Positions 23,483 to 36,578 are shown, numbered from the whole stretch's first letter. The stretch: 60,442 bases of DNA, filler included, from Sphacelaria rigidula (GCA_964200075.2; 9 parts of 9 records of this genome joined end to end with filler, not necessarily neighbours in it); one strand, 5' to 3'. The notes: generated from the letters alone by a model not told the origin. Numbers and translations: made by a program.

Positions 23483-26400
23483 AAACGTTTGGCCCCGAAG
23501 GCGGTGGGTCTGGAGGCGTATCGACCGATACGCAAGGCGGAAAAGAATTGGAAACAGGAGGTCAGAATCAAGGCAGTGCTACGTTGCCCAGCTGCGACAG
23601 GAAGCAGGACGACGCCGCCACGGCCAGTGAAGGAGGAGAGGTCGGGTTGGATTCGAAAGGCGGTGGCGCCACGTCCAGACTAAGAATCGGTGCCGCGGAT
23701 AACACCGGCGGCGGTGTAGGTGATATCCACCTACAACGCCGCCGCTGTGATCCGCGGCACCGGTCTTTGGGCTAGTCGTGGCGCCACCGCCCTTCGAATC
23801 CAACCCGGCTTTTTCTCTTTCACTGTCGCAACTGGATAACACAGTACTGCCTTCATCCTGCCCTCCTGTCCCCGATTTTCCCTCATCTTGCGCATCGGTC
23901 GATATACCCCCGAACCCACCGCCTTCGGAGCCAGACGTTTCGCCATTACAGGTGACTCCCGTCTCCGACCCGTTCAGAGCATCAGGATGACGCACCACGG
24001 CCAGTGGAGGAGTAAAAGCCTGGTTGGATTCGAAAGCCGGTGGCGCCACGCCTAGCCCAGGAAACGGCACCGCGGATAACACCGGCGGCGGTGTAGGTGA
24101 TGCTCTGAACGGGTCGGAGACGAAAGGAACCTGTAATGGCGAAACGTCTGGCCCCGAAGGCGGTGGGTCTGGAGGCGTATCGCGCGATGCGCGAGATGGG
24201 GACAAATAAGGAGGTCAGCATGGAAGCAGTGCTGCGTTGCCCAGCTGCGACAAGGAGCAGGATGACGCCGCCACGGCCAGTGAAGGCGGAGAGGCTGGGT
24301 TGGATCCGAGAGGCGGTGGCGCCACGTCCAGCCCAATAAACGGTGCCACGGATATCACTGGCGGCGGTGTTGTGACATCTACCTACACCGCCGCCGCTGT
24401 GATCCGCGGCGCCGTTTCTTGCAATAGGCGTGGCGCCACCGCCTTCCGAATCCAACCCGGCTTTTCCTCTTTTCACTGTCGCAACTGGGCAACGCAGCAT
24501 TGCCCTCACCCTGACCTCCTGTGCCCGATTTTCCTTCATCTTGCGCATCGGTCGATACCCCCCCCAGACCCACCGCTTTCGGAGCCAGACGTTTCGCCAA
24601 TACAGGTGACTCCCGTCTCCGAGCTGTTCAGAGCATCAAGATGACGCCGCCACGGCCAGTTGAGGAGCAAAATCCTGGTTGGATTCGAAAGGCGGTGGCA
24701 CCGCGCCCAGTACAGAAAACGGCGTCGCGGATAACACCGGCGGCGACATAGGTGACATCTCGCTACACCGTCGCCGCTGTGATCCGCGACACCGTCTCTT
24801 GCAATAGGCGTGGCGCCACCGCCTTTCGAGCCCAACCCGGCTTTTCCTCTTTCACTGTCGCAACTGGGCAACGCAGCATTGCCCCCATCCTGCCCTCCTG
24901 TTCCCGGTTTTCCTTCATCTTGCGCACGGTCGACACCCCCCTGGACCCACCGCCTTCGGAGCCAGACGTTTCGCCATTACAGGTGACTCCCGTCTCCGAC
25001 CCGTTCAGAGCATCAGGATGACGCCGCCACGGCCAGTTGAGGGGTAAAAGCCTGGTTGGATTCGAAAGGCGGTGGCGCCACGCTCAGCACAGGAAACGGC
25101 GCCGCGGATAACACCGGCGGCGGTGTTGGTGATGCTCTGAACGGGTAGGAGACGGAAGGCTTCGTAACGGCGAAACGTCTGGCCCCGAAGGCGGTGGGTC
25201 TGGAGGCGTATCGACCGATGCGCGAGATAGGGTCAAATAAGGAGGTCAGCATGGAGGCAGTGCTGCGTTGCCCAGCTGCGACAAGGAGCAGGACGACGCC
25301 GCCACGGCCAGTGAAGGAGGAGAGGTCGGGTTGGATTCGTACGGCGGTGGCGCCACGCTCAGTACAGGAAACGGTGCCGCGGAAAACACTGGCGGCGGTG
25401 TAGGTGACATCTCGCTACACCGCCGCCGCTGTGATCCGCGGCGCCGTTTCTTGGGCTAGGCGAGGCGCCATCGCTCTTCGAGCCCAACCCGGCTTTTCCT
25501 CTTTCACTGTCGCAACTGGGCACTACAGCATTGCCCTCATCCTGCCCTCCTGTCCCCGATTTTCCTTCATCTTGCGCATCGGTCAATACCCCTCTCGACC
25601 CACCGCTTTCGGAGCCAGACGTTTCGCCATTACAGGTGAGTCCAGTCTCCGACCCGTTCAAAGCATCAGGATGACGCCGCCATGGCCAGTGGAGGAGAAA
25701 AAGCCTGATTTGATTCGAAAGGCGGTGGCGCCACGCCTGCCCCGGGAAACGGCGCCGCGGATAACACCGGCGGCGGTAAAGGTGATGCTCTGAACGGGTC
25801 GGAGACGGAAGGCTTCGTAATGGCGAAACGTCTGGCCCCGAAGGCGGTGGGTCTGGAGGAGTATCGCGCGATGCGCAAGGTGGAGACGAATCGGGAACAG
25901 GGGGTCAGGATCAAGGCAGTGTTGCGTTGCCCAGTTTCGACAAGAAGCAGGACGACGCCGCCACGGCAAGTGAAGGAGGAGAGGTCGGGCTGAATTCGAA
26001 AGGCGGTGGCGCCACGCTCAGCACAGGAAACGGTCCGGCGGATCACACCGACGGCGGCGTAGGTGATGCTCTGAACGGGTAGGAGACGGAAGGAACCTGT
26101 AACGGCGAAACGTCTGGCCCCGAAGGCGGTGGGTCTGGGGGTGTATTGACCGATGCGCGAGATAGGGTCAAATAAGGAGGTCAGCATGGAGGCAGTGCTG
26201 CGTTGCCCAGCTGCGACAAGAAGCAGGACGACGCCGCCACGACCAGTTGTGGAGGAAAAGCCCGGTTGGATTCGAAAAGCGGTGGCGCCGCGCTCAGCAC
26301 AGGAAACGGTGCCGCGGATAACACTGGCGGTGGTGTAGGTGACATCTACCTACACCGCCGCCACTGTGATCCGCGGCACCGTCTCTTGGGCTAGGCGAGG

Positions 26401-26809
26401 CGCCACCGCTTCTCGAATCCAACCCGGCTTTTCCTCTTTCACTGTCGCAACTGGGAACTACAGCACTGGCTTTATCCTGACCTCCTGTCCCCGATTTTCC
26501 TTCATCTCGCGCATCGGTCGATACCCCCCTAGACCCACCGCCTTTGGAACTGGATGTTTCGCCATTACAGGTGACTCCCGTCTCCGACCCGTTCAGAGCA
26601 TCAGGATGACGCCGCCACGGCCAGTTCCGGAGAGAAAGCCCGATTGGATTCGTAAGGCGGTGGCGCCGCGCTCAGCACAGGAAACGGTGCCGCGGATAAC
26701 ACTGGCGGTGGTGTAGGTGACATCTACCTACACCGCCGCCGCTGTGATCCGCGGCACCGTCTCTTGGGCTAGGCGAGGCGCCACCGCTTCTCGAATCCAA
26801 CCTGGCGTT
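23483..26809. repeat. Complex array of alternating forward and inverted ~260-280-bp modules
   Basis: Modules F (GATGCTCTGAACGGG...GGTGTAGGTGA), R (inverted F lacking ~25 bp) and c (last ~117 bp of F), in the order F R c F R c R c F R c F F R c R. Runs off the contig end. Confidence 0.95.
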
Positions 26810-26909
26810 NNNNNNNNNNNNNNNNNNNNNNNNNNNNNNNNNNNNNNNNNNNNTTAATTAATTAANNNNNNNNNNNNNNNNNNNNNNNNNNNNNNNNNNN
26901 NNNNNNNNN

Positions 26910-26981
26910 CCGGGAATCGAACCCCCCAACTCAACCATCAGAATGTTACGAGGTTACCAACTGAGCCACCGGGGCGACCGG
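26910..26981 (-). mobile_element. tRNA-derived SINE head; second copy on + at ~41629-41705
   Basis: Minus strand GTGGCTCAGTTGGTAA (A-box) ... GGTTCGATTCCC (B-box). Homologous GTGGCTCAGTTGGTAACCTCG.AAC.TTCTGA.GGTTG at 41640. Confidence 0.7.
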
Positions 26982-27855
26982 TCATGACTGCGGGTCTGAA
27001 TTACTCGAATGGGGCAAGCTTTACGTATTCACGACATTGACTGCCTCGCCTGCTGTCTCAGGATAGAGGCTTCGAAGGTGAGCGCAACCACGAGATAGAT
27101 ACTACTATGGCCTCGGACACAAGTGTAAATAATATGTTGTAGCTGTGCACGAAGAGCACTTGGCGAAACGGGTGCAAGCTACTTTAGCTCGCAGTTGGAG
27201 GGGTGTGCGCCGAGGGTATCATAGCAGGTGTTCCTACGTGAAGCGTCATAGCTTCGACGCTTGTATCAGCGACAAGGATGCTCGTGCCCCATCAGGCAGT
27301 ACACAGTATACTCCTTCCCCACTGTTTACGTCATGGATGCAGGCTATCTCGGGTGCGCTGACAGTGCAGACAATGCAGCACAACTCTACTCTTGAAGTTG
27401 TCGTCTAGTAGTACGAGCTTGTGCCCCATGTTTCAATGGCCCCAATCTACGAAGCACGCGTCGCTGCCAGCTGACAAAGTCATCCTCTGTAATCATTGCC
27501 GAAACTGCGGAAGGATGGATTGAAGAATAGTAGCCATCAAGAGACCAAATTGCCCCTGCATAGTGTTATCTCGCGCACTTGCTTGGCATAGAAATGTATT
27601 TCAAATTCATATTTGCGGCGCAATTACAGCCCAAGTAAAGCCCACGCAAATCCTGCATCGGATGGACATGTCTTGAGACATCAGTGCATGTCAGATGTCG
27701 GATAGTACAGTAGTTGTTGAGACTGATCAATATTACCTCAGCATCAGGGTGGTATGGCCACCCTACAGCCAGTAGCAAATGTCTATCATGCAATATTACA
27801 ATGTCCAACCGTCTAGCACGCCAATTCCCGGGCGTAGTGCAAGTATCATAAAGTC

Positions 27856-27992
27856 CACACCCTGAACAAAATATTATCATCTAAAAAAATGTACTGCGTA
27901 CAATATGTAATATTTTGTCTGATGCAATAGGCGCAATACTCGATACTGTACGCAGTACACTTTTTGACTGTGTATTCCACGTCCAGGGTGTG
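27856..27992. mobile_element. ~137-bp MITE (CACACCCTG...CAGGGTGTG); inverted copy at 30112-30249 in Nudix intron 3
   Basis: Short TIRs. The two copies align as reverse complements across their length. Confidence 0.75.
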
Positions 27993-28237
27993 ATATAATC
28001 GCACCCTCCATCCGGCGCAGGCGTCCTGCATGGGAGCTGAAGAACTTTTTGCCTACTTTCGCTCCACCTCGTCTCGATATGCTTCCCTGGAATCATCACT
28101 GATGACAGGCAACAAAGACACCACGTGGGCAATAGTAATCAGCCACAGCAGAGCACTTCGTTCCTGCCGTCCTGACTCCATCGCTTCTGGAGTAAATTAC
28201 TGTGTTTCTTGAGCTCGAGAAGGTGGGATTTGGGAGG

Positions 28238-31200
28238 ATGCAAGCATGCCAAGGTGCAGAGGTCAGACCAAACGAATCCGACGAGAAGGAAAGCACCAGC
28301 ATGCCAAGCACCTCAAACTCGACAGACGGTAGATCCGCTTCGACAAGTAGCAACAATAGCAGCACCGTCAGCGAAGCGGCTCATTTGGAACCAGCGTACC
28401 TTGCCGCTGGCGTGTTGCCATTCTGCTTGCTCGGTGGCGACGTTTTATTTCTTCTTGGGCAGCAACTTAGGTTTTGCTCCCGAGGTCGGCCGCCACCACT
28501 CGCAGGCTCGCCACATGTGGACGCGGACGCTGAAGAGCCGGGGGTTGTATCCCATGCGAAAGGACGGGAGAATGGTGTGACTGGTGGCGGCGAAGATAGC
28601 GGAGGGGTCCTGGAGGCTCGTGGCGACACTGGCGGTGGTAGCACCGGAGTACACAATGATGATGTGTCGGGGCACTCACTGGTGGGCGGCGTGAAGCAAG
28701 GTTCTCAACAGGCACATGGTGATATCCAACAGCAGCAGCAGCAGCAACAGGAGAAAGGGCGGCAAGTGTCCGAGCAAATTCCTGCGGGACTCCTCTGGTC
28801 TGATTTTGGCGGAGGTCGGGAAGCAGGAGACGCAGATGCCGAGGGCACAGCAAGTCGGGAGTTTGCTGAGGAGAGCTTTGGCCTTTTTCACGGGGTGAGG
28901 CTTGAAAGCGACAGCGTTGCGCGCAGTCAGGTGAGAATCGAAGAGAGGTGGCATACTGAGCTGATCGATTGGGAAAATGGGTGCTCACAAGTGGCGGTGG
29001 TGGTTTCATTTTTTAGGTTGACAATTTTCTGCGCGATTGACTACTGACTCCTAGGTTACTGGATCAACATAGGTGTCGCTTTGCGCGGGTGTTGACAATT
29101 TTATCTTCATGTCAGTGAGGAGGGTCCATAGATGGAAGTAATGGGCCGGACCGAACATTATCGGGGTGATTTCTGACGGTGCTCGCCGCCGCTGCTACTG
29201 CTACCGCCACTGCCACTCCGACCGCAGTATCAGTCGACCTCAATGCATGCCCGATGTCACAGTTTGGAGCACTGACTTCTCTCGCAACCCGTCTGTTTGG
29301 CTGTTGCAATAGCCAAGGCCAGAGTTACACATTTAAATTTCAGTGAGTATGTGGCCGTGATTGTACTCCGTGTGCGCAATTGTGTGATACACACCAAGGC
29401 CTGAAACAATCAACCTTCTCGCCCGCTTTTTGTCGCTCTCGGCTCTTGTATGATCTGTAGTCAGCAATGGAAACTCTGCTGCGAGATGAGTCCTTGAGGG
29501 GCAAGCGCGTGTTCGAGTGTCGCAACGGCGGTTATGTGATGTTCGTGGCGAAGGTGGACTTCGTCCCCGACATGATGATGAAGCTTGCGAGAAAGCAACT
29601 TCTCGACCATGGCAGTTACGGCGCCGGTGATGCAGGTCGGATTGGTGCTAGCCGCGAAGACTTCAGTTCAGCGATATTATCTGTGTAATTTCATCGAAAT
29701 GACTGGGATGGCGCTCAGAAATTTTTATCTACAGTGTATTCATCTGCATCTTGGGTTTGCTGTCGCTGCATTGTTTACGCGAACCGCATTCTCCGTTGTC
29801 CCTGGACTATGACCCATGCTGTGTTCGTTTTTTGTGGTTTGGTCGTCAAAGGCGGAGCTTCGTCGCCAGGCTTCTCCGAAAAAACAGATTTTGTGTGGGT
29901 GCCGGCGTCCAGCCTTTTAGGAGCGATGCGAGAAAGTCGTCACCGGTCTACGCGGAAGGTAGTCATCAAGCTGGGAGGTTGCCGTTATCTCCGACTCTTC
30001 CACAAGGTGACTACGCGGGTTTTCGACACTCGTACTGACTGCATTTATGACCCACCGCGGTGTGTTTTGCTTAAATTGCGTCGTACATGCCCTTGTCTGT
30101 GGCGTATTTTTCACACCCTGGACGAAAGATTACACTTTCAAAAAGTGTATCGCGTACAGTATCGACTATTGCGCCTGTTGCAATAGACAATATATTCCAT
30201 ACTGTACGCAGTATATTTTTTGACGATGTAATCTACAGTCCCGGGTGTGGTATTTTCGCGCTGGTGAAATAGCTTATTGTTGACCCGCCTCCCGAGCGCA
30301 AGGGTTGTCGCAATGTCTCTACAAGTGCGTGTGGTTCATGTGCAGACATCCCCTCCGTCGCACCTGTCAATAGACCGCTGAGTGTACGAAGCACGTCCAT
30401 CCGACACACCGAATCCGCCATTTTATTGCGTTCGAAATACCTACTGCAGTTCGTCATTTCGCTCCACAAACTGAACCTACCGGCTGTGATCAAGGCTGCT
30501 TCCACTCCACTACACCGGAGAAAGAGGCCGCTACCTGCTCCCCGCGTTCTTCTTCTGAAAGCTGGCGATGCCATCGCTGCCGCTGGGGTGCCAGGCCAAC
30601 CAAAGCAATCGTCCTCCGCTACTCAAAGAGAAACCGGCGGAAACGCATCTCAGGAGGGCCACGGAAACTTTACAGAAGAACAGCTACAGCGTGAGGAAGG
30701 TGAAAGTACAGGTGGAGTTTCCTCGTTCGGGAATAGACGGGGGTTAGCAGGAGGAACGATCATAGGAACCTGCGCTATTCGAGGGATAGATTGCATCCGG
30801 CCTTCATTTTTGTCTGGACGCAAGCGTACAAACCTCGGAATCATCGACCCAGCGCCGCCCCGAGTGTACCGCCGTGGCGGATACCGGAGTTGTACGCACC
30901 GGCAGTACGAGGAAACGGGAGGAAGACCCATCTGTGGAGACGGGCCGGTTTTGGCGGGTGGTACATGGGGTAGAAGTGAACCGACCCGTGGCGATGGTGG
31001 TACCACAGATAGCGGTTACGCTGGGGATGCCAGTGTACGGGGCATGACTGAGGGGCAAGAAATGTGGTTGAGCGCTTGGTGCAGCGTTCGGGAACAAAAT
31101 GACGATGGTAAGGCAGGAGGCGATGAGAGGATAGAATCGAGTGCGGGTGAGGATACAAAAGGGACAGCCTCGGATCATCCCATCAAGACGACAGAAAACG

Positions 31201-31370
31201 GAAATGGCGGAGGCGGCAGTAGCGACGCGGGGCGCACCGGGGAATTTGTCGTGCAGCAACAACGGCGCCGAAAAAAGAGCGGTGCTGCGTGCAGAAAAAG
31301 GCGTCGGCGGTGTAAAGAGGCTAGGCGGCGAAAGGCAGCCGCCGCGGCAGACGCTGCGGGTAAAATGTAA
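28238..31370 (+). CDS. Nudix-fold hydrolase (~647 aa, 4 exons) with a long disordered basic C-terminus
   Basis: Exons 28238-28930, 29461-29635, 29852-30006 and 30450-31370, GT-AG, phases 0/1/0, 1944 nt in total. Motifs YLAAGVLPF..FLLGQ, WSDFGGGRE..TASREFAEESFGLF (Nudix box variant) and EKTDFVWV. PolyQ insert; Arg/Lys-rich tail. Start codon choice uncertain. Confidence 0.85.
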
Positions 31371-31780
31371 AGTGAAGAGCGCTATGGATGCAGTTGAAAG
31401 ATATCGGTACGGCTGGTAGTTTGAACAGTTTGTTTGGTTGACTCACGATGGTGACGTGTGACTCAATGGCTTGTACACTCCTCCGAGTTTACTTCGACCT
31501 TCGTCGTGATTGTATTGGGATAGTGTGAAGTGCGGTTGTACAGCAGTGCATTCCGAGGCAACGATTCTGCACATGACGCTCCCATGCGGCTTTCTTCTTA
31601 GAGTCCTTATGGAATGTAGGCGAGTGTAAGCACAGGAATATGAAAGTTTGCTGTGCCGATAAACGTCTGGCGAATACTCGTACCATTCAAGAACGAGAAC
31701 GCTTTTACAAGGAGTTCGGAGCCGGGTGAATGTGGAATTTTTACTCGGGCCCATATTTTCTCCGTGCCTGGAGCGTGTTG

Positions 31781-31947
31781 TGAATTTCCATCGAAATTTC
31801 GATGTTTGTACATTAAAGGTACCATGAATCGAGGGTAAAGGGGGCGAAGAACCCTAGCAAGATGTGAATTGACGTCGAGAGTTCCATGTCTGTACATGAC
31901 CGTACCGTGACTAGAGGGTAAAGAGGGCAAAGGACCCTAGCAAGATG
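31781..31947. repeat. ~84-bp tandem duplication (x2 plus a partial copy)
   Basis: TGAATT...TGTACAT...GTACC.TGA...GAGGGTAAAG.GGGC.AAG.ACCCTAGCAAGATG repeated. Confidence 0.75.
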
Positions 31948-32191
31948 GCATGTGAATATCGGTGAGAAGGAAAGGTGATCCCAGCAAACATCTCAGATGT
32001 GGCAACATGGTGCGGCCTTGTAAAAGAACCTCGAATGAACAGTGCATGGTATTTTTCGTCGAAATGTGATGCACCCCGCCTCATCGTTCACTCACGTCGT
32101 ACATTAGGACGCCAGGAGGGCGGGACGCGGGGGAGAGAACACATGAATCGCTCATTTTTCACCCGACGAAAATCTTGATGAGTCTCGGGCA

Positions 32192-32560
32192 GTGCAAGAC
32201 GCCGTGCACAGTGTGTATGAGCTGCACAGAACCACACTGCACACACGAGGTGAATCTTACGCACACACTGCGCAAGACTACAGCGATGCTTTACATACCG
32301 CTTCACCAGCGGCGTTTCTTGCAATTCACGATGGGAGGACTCCAACAAGCAAATTGACGGACGATATATCTTTGACAAAGCTCCCCGATAATTTTCCTCA
32401 TCTTACCCCAGAGCTCATCGGACTGACTCACAAATGGCAACATCTTAATCAATACACACTTCGCAGGGAAATATATATACAGCAATACACTCAACAACCT
32501 CCGTACAAACACCTGTACTCACTCAATAACAACACTACGGGAAAACTGACCAAAACTGCA
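32192..32560 (+). pseudogene. Possible LINE ORF2 fragment
   Basis: A/C-rich His/Thr/Leu-rich open frame with LINE-like composition. No diagnostic motif. Confidence 0.25.
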
Positions 32561-34591
32561 ATGTGGAAAAAATACGGCACTGTATGCCATGACCTACACC
32601 CCGAAAAAACGAACATGGGACTGTACACGGCCAGGCGACACTCAAGATGGAGTTGCCCACACGCTGGAAGGCATTCGAGCAACCACAACGCTGCACCGAC
32701 AACACACACCAATACGCCGTCAACACGAAAGGAAGTGCTGTCAAAAGTAAATGAAAATTAAAACCAGGCACACTAATATTCCCACCAAGATCATGATCAG
32801 CATGAAATTTCGTAATCCGCCTGTAAGCGAACGCGCAAGAAACGCCGGGGGAAGGGGGGGGGGAGGAGACGAAGTCTGGGTGACTGAATTGGAAAGGTTG
32901 TTTGGCAACGGGTCGTGTTGGTCGGATGTGATGGGTGTGCGCTCGGTACAAGCGAGTTTGTGCCATCATGTCCATAAAGATTCAAGACAACCTTTGCTCA
33001 CTCAATCCTGCAGATTGCAGCCATGGCAAATACCCCCGGGGACGGGTAGCAGTCATACCAGAGTCGTACACTGATGACATGGTTCACGAGCGTCTCCGAC
33101 AAAGTTGAGGGTATAGGTATTATGGCTCGGATAATGAAATTCCGAAGAAGTCTCGGTATCTGGGTGAACAACAACAAATACAGCTGCTTTGAATAAGGGG
33201 GACGGGGACGGGGCATGTCAAGTCAGACGGAGGACCGAGAGGAGCACGACCTGCCCCGAGATTTCTTTCAATCCCTGCCCCATGGACCAGTGGGCTTCAA
33301 CGCGGAGAGTATCCTCCCGGTGCGCTTGAGTGACAGCGTATATCATACTGGTGCAAAAGCAAGTACACTCAACGAGGAAGATTCAAATAACATTTCGAGT
33401 AACAATTGCGGCAAGCTCAAGGACCGAAATGCGACCTCAGGGTGACTAAGCACAATCTTCACTTGACGGGTGTACTCATGATTTTGCATGCCATAATCAT
33501 AAGACCATTGATCTCGCATCCCTACAAAGCCGGGACNNNNNNNNNNNNNNNNNNNNNNNNNNNNNNNNNNNNNNNNNNNNTTAATTAATTAANNNNNNNN
33601 NNNNNNNNNNNNNNNNNNNNNNNNNNNNNNNNNNNNGGAGTTTGGGGGGGAAGATACTTTCGCTCTGTGTTACTCTTTCGTATCTTCCCTGCAATAGAAA
33701 AATGCGACTTCAGCCCCATTTTGGTTTCGAACCCCAAAATTCGAAATCGGCTGTTAATTGGCAATTGAGGTTTGCGTACAGCACTTCCGCAGCATGCGTC
33801 CCACCATGAACAAGTCGCGCTTCTTTTTTATCTCTTCACTTTTCTTTTCGACTGACCAACCGTCGATCTACCCGCTATGGTCGATAGATGGAAAACTGCA
33901 GAACAAGAAGGTACCGACGAAGTTTGTGGTACCTGTATTACTGTAGAGTGCAGATTTCAATCGTACAGTCTAATAATATACAGTGTTTCTGTGTTACAAA
34001 TTCATCATAGTAAAACTAATATAAAAATACACGGTCACGACAAAACCCCGAACAAAGTGGACAACTGGGGCTCTCGTAGCCATTTCCGGTTTACCTCTAG
34101 TTACAGTGGAAATAGACAATACCAACTGGTCGAGTTGCCAGCCCAATTGATGCATGTGTTCGGTGTACTTCCCCATAGAAGGTGACACCACCCAAATTCA
34201 GCCCACCACTCAACACACATGGAGAACGGTTCGCTAGAAGAGGATCGCCTACCTTCTTTGTGTTTTACGCGATACAACTCACTTCTACATGCTGTACCTA
34301 ATTCTTCGTCTCGGTCCTATACTCGAAATCTGACGGTAGAAACTTCCTCAATAACCAACATGCCGGTGGTTTTACCACGGTAAGGTTGTCAAGAAGTACC
34401 CCTCAAATTTCAGCTCTCGACGTTAGGACGGGCCGTGCAAAGGTGGTCAACCGCCCAAAAATACTTCAGACTAGCTCAGCCCCTAACGTGATAACCAAAA
34501 GCAATCTATTATCCAACTTCTTTCTCTTTCCAACCACTTGACATCATCGCTTCCAACACCCGTTCTTCACGCATTTGCTCACGGTTCAACT

Positions 34592-35305
34592 ATGTTTACT
34601 TCCGTACTTTCCTCGCTGCACTTTCCGCAACCGTCCTTCCGTCCTTCTCCTGGTTCGTTCGACATCGACAGGTGCTCCGTCTGCACCACCCATGTCTCTG
34701 TATCCCAGGGAACGAGTCCAGTGCCCAAGGGCGCCACGAAACAGGTACCCTTCCTCTGCCTTGCGTGTGGCGTGGATATCGGTGTCAGCACTCCGTACCA
34801 TCGCATTACCGACCCCACCGGCGGTGAAGACAGGATAAACGCTCACGCCGACGACGGCAACTGCGTTGAGACCCTAGTCAAAGCGGAAGAGAACAGTTCT
34901 CACCCTTGCAACGAATGCAGAGCCCCCCCTACCTCAAAACCACTCTTTGTCCTGTCGGCGGAGAATAATGACGAAGACTTCATGAGGTGTCAAATCTGCT
35001 TCCACGACACCCGTGCTGACTTCTCGTCTGCTTTCCAACGGTGCTTGTTCCAAGAGAAAGAGGCGTTTGCCTCGAGAAACGACAACTCCACTCCTCGGAA
35101 CGTACCGCGGAACACTACATGTTCTCTTCCCCCTGGCGGAGAGGACCCTGTGACGCCACCAAGTGAAAACGACCCTCAACCCCACAGGAAAAGATACAAG
35201 CCAACTCGACAGGGTACCCGGCCTACGGCCACCAGGAGCGGAGCCAGACACTGTACCACCGCCTACAGTAAGCACCACCACCATACATTTCTTTTCGCCT
35301 TATAA
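34592..35305 (+). CDS. Intronless 237-aa ORF with four CxxC pairs (putative zinc-binding; possibly transposon-derived)
   Basis: CSVC, CLAC, CNEC and CQIC, followed by a Pro/Thr/Arg-rich tail. The stop lies immediately before a MITE. Confidence 0.35.
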   Translation: MFTSVLSSLHFPQPSFRPSPGSFDIDRCSVCTTHVSVSQGTSPVPKGATKQVPFLCLACGVDIGVSTPYHRITDPTGGEDRINAHADDGNCVETLVKAEENSSHPCNECRAPPTSKPLFVLSAENNDEDFMRCQICFHDTRADFSSAFQRCLFQEKEAFASRNDNSTPRNVPRNTTCSLPPGGEDPVTPPSENDPQPHRKRYKPTRQGTRPTATRSGARHCTTAYSKHHHHTFLFAL

Positions 35306-35307
35306 CC

Positions 35308-35556
35308 GACTGCTGCCGAGATAGCCCCCCCCCGAACCGGCCAAAAACGTGCACGAAGGCGATGATCGTAAATGCCGTTAGAGCCGGTTTGCTGCTGTAC
35401 GACGCGACTCGTTTGGGCATTATAGCTGATTTCGGACTGCTACACGCCTCCCGCGTGGGCGAAATTGCTGCAAACGAGCCCGGTAACGAGATCGCAGTCG
35501 GTTTGTCGACCGGTCTCCGGTGCACTCTTTGTGGGAGGGCTATCTCGGCATTAGTC
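35308..35556. mobile_element. ~250-bp MITE, copy 1; inverted copy 2 at ~36286-36534
   Basis: Each copy has TIRs TGCCGAGATAGCCC...GGGCTATCTCGGCA. The copies are diverged reverse complements ~730 bp apart. Confidence 0.85.
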
Positions 35557-36578
35557 AACCCCTTATTTGCCATGTATTGTGCCGTTGTCATTCTGCTCTC
35601 TCCCACCTTCATCAAAGCTTGTTTTAATCGGTGGCAAACGTTTTGTTTATTTCAAGACGCCTTGGTGCAATCGTCAGCCTCCACGCTTGTTCACGTCTCG
35701 TCGTTACTTTACTCTGCCCCTTGTCTACCTTCTCCCTACTGCGATGCGTTCCAAAACCAGACGCATACTGTACATTCAAAACATGACCGACTTCTTCACA
35801 TCCGACATCATTCACGTCAGCTTTCGGCAGCATCTGTGACTCTTTGGCGGCTTCGTTTCTTCTCATCTTGTGCTCCGTTTCTTCCGGCGTTGTGTCGTTT
35901 TCTATGCCTGAGCTTCATCTTTCTTTGCTCGCGTAGAAACATGGTGAAATCAATTTCCACCAACCGTGCATACTCCTATTTTTTCCCGGCGCTTTTGGGG
36001 GCCGAGAGGGAGGGGGGGGGGGGGGGCGGCGGCGAGTGTCCTGAGTTCAATATGGAGCTACTTTAAACATGACAAATTATCTGATTTTCGGGCGGGAAGA
36101 TCAAATTTCTCAAACTTGGATTAGCTCAGGGAAGGTACACTGAACTGGTAATATTCGTAGGGTGATCAAGTCGCTTGATATTGATGTTAAGTCAGGTCAG
36201 TTGGTGTTACGATTGATGCTTCGATAAGGAAGCCATTTCCTTACTTCCTTGAACCTGGGATCTTTTCCAACATTACTAGGTCTGGCTAATGCCGAGATAG
36301 CCCCCCCACAAAAAGTGCACCGGCACCATCCAACGAACCGGCTGCGATCCCACTATTGGGCTGGTTTGCAGCAATTTCGCGCACATAAGAGGCGTGTAGG
36401 AGTCCAAAATCAGCTATAACGCCCAAATTAGTCCCGTCGTGGAGCACGAAACCAGTTTTAACGGCAGTTATGATCATCGCCTCCGTGCACGTTTTTGGCC
36501 GGTTTCGGGGGGGGGGCTATCTCGGCAGCAGTCGTCTATGAGGGATTGGTTCTTGTTCCCCGCAACATTTCGATTCAT

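Noticed and set aside
23489..26716. Many overlapping ORFs on both strands
   Set aside because: By-products of a GC-rich inverted array. Frames are repeatedly broken by stops and inversions.
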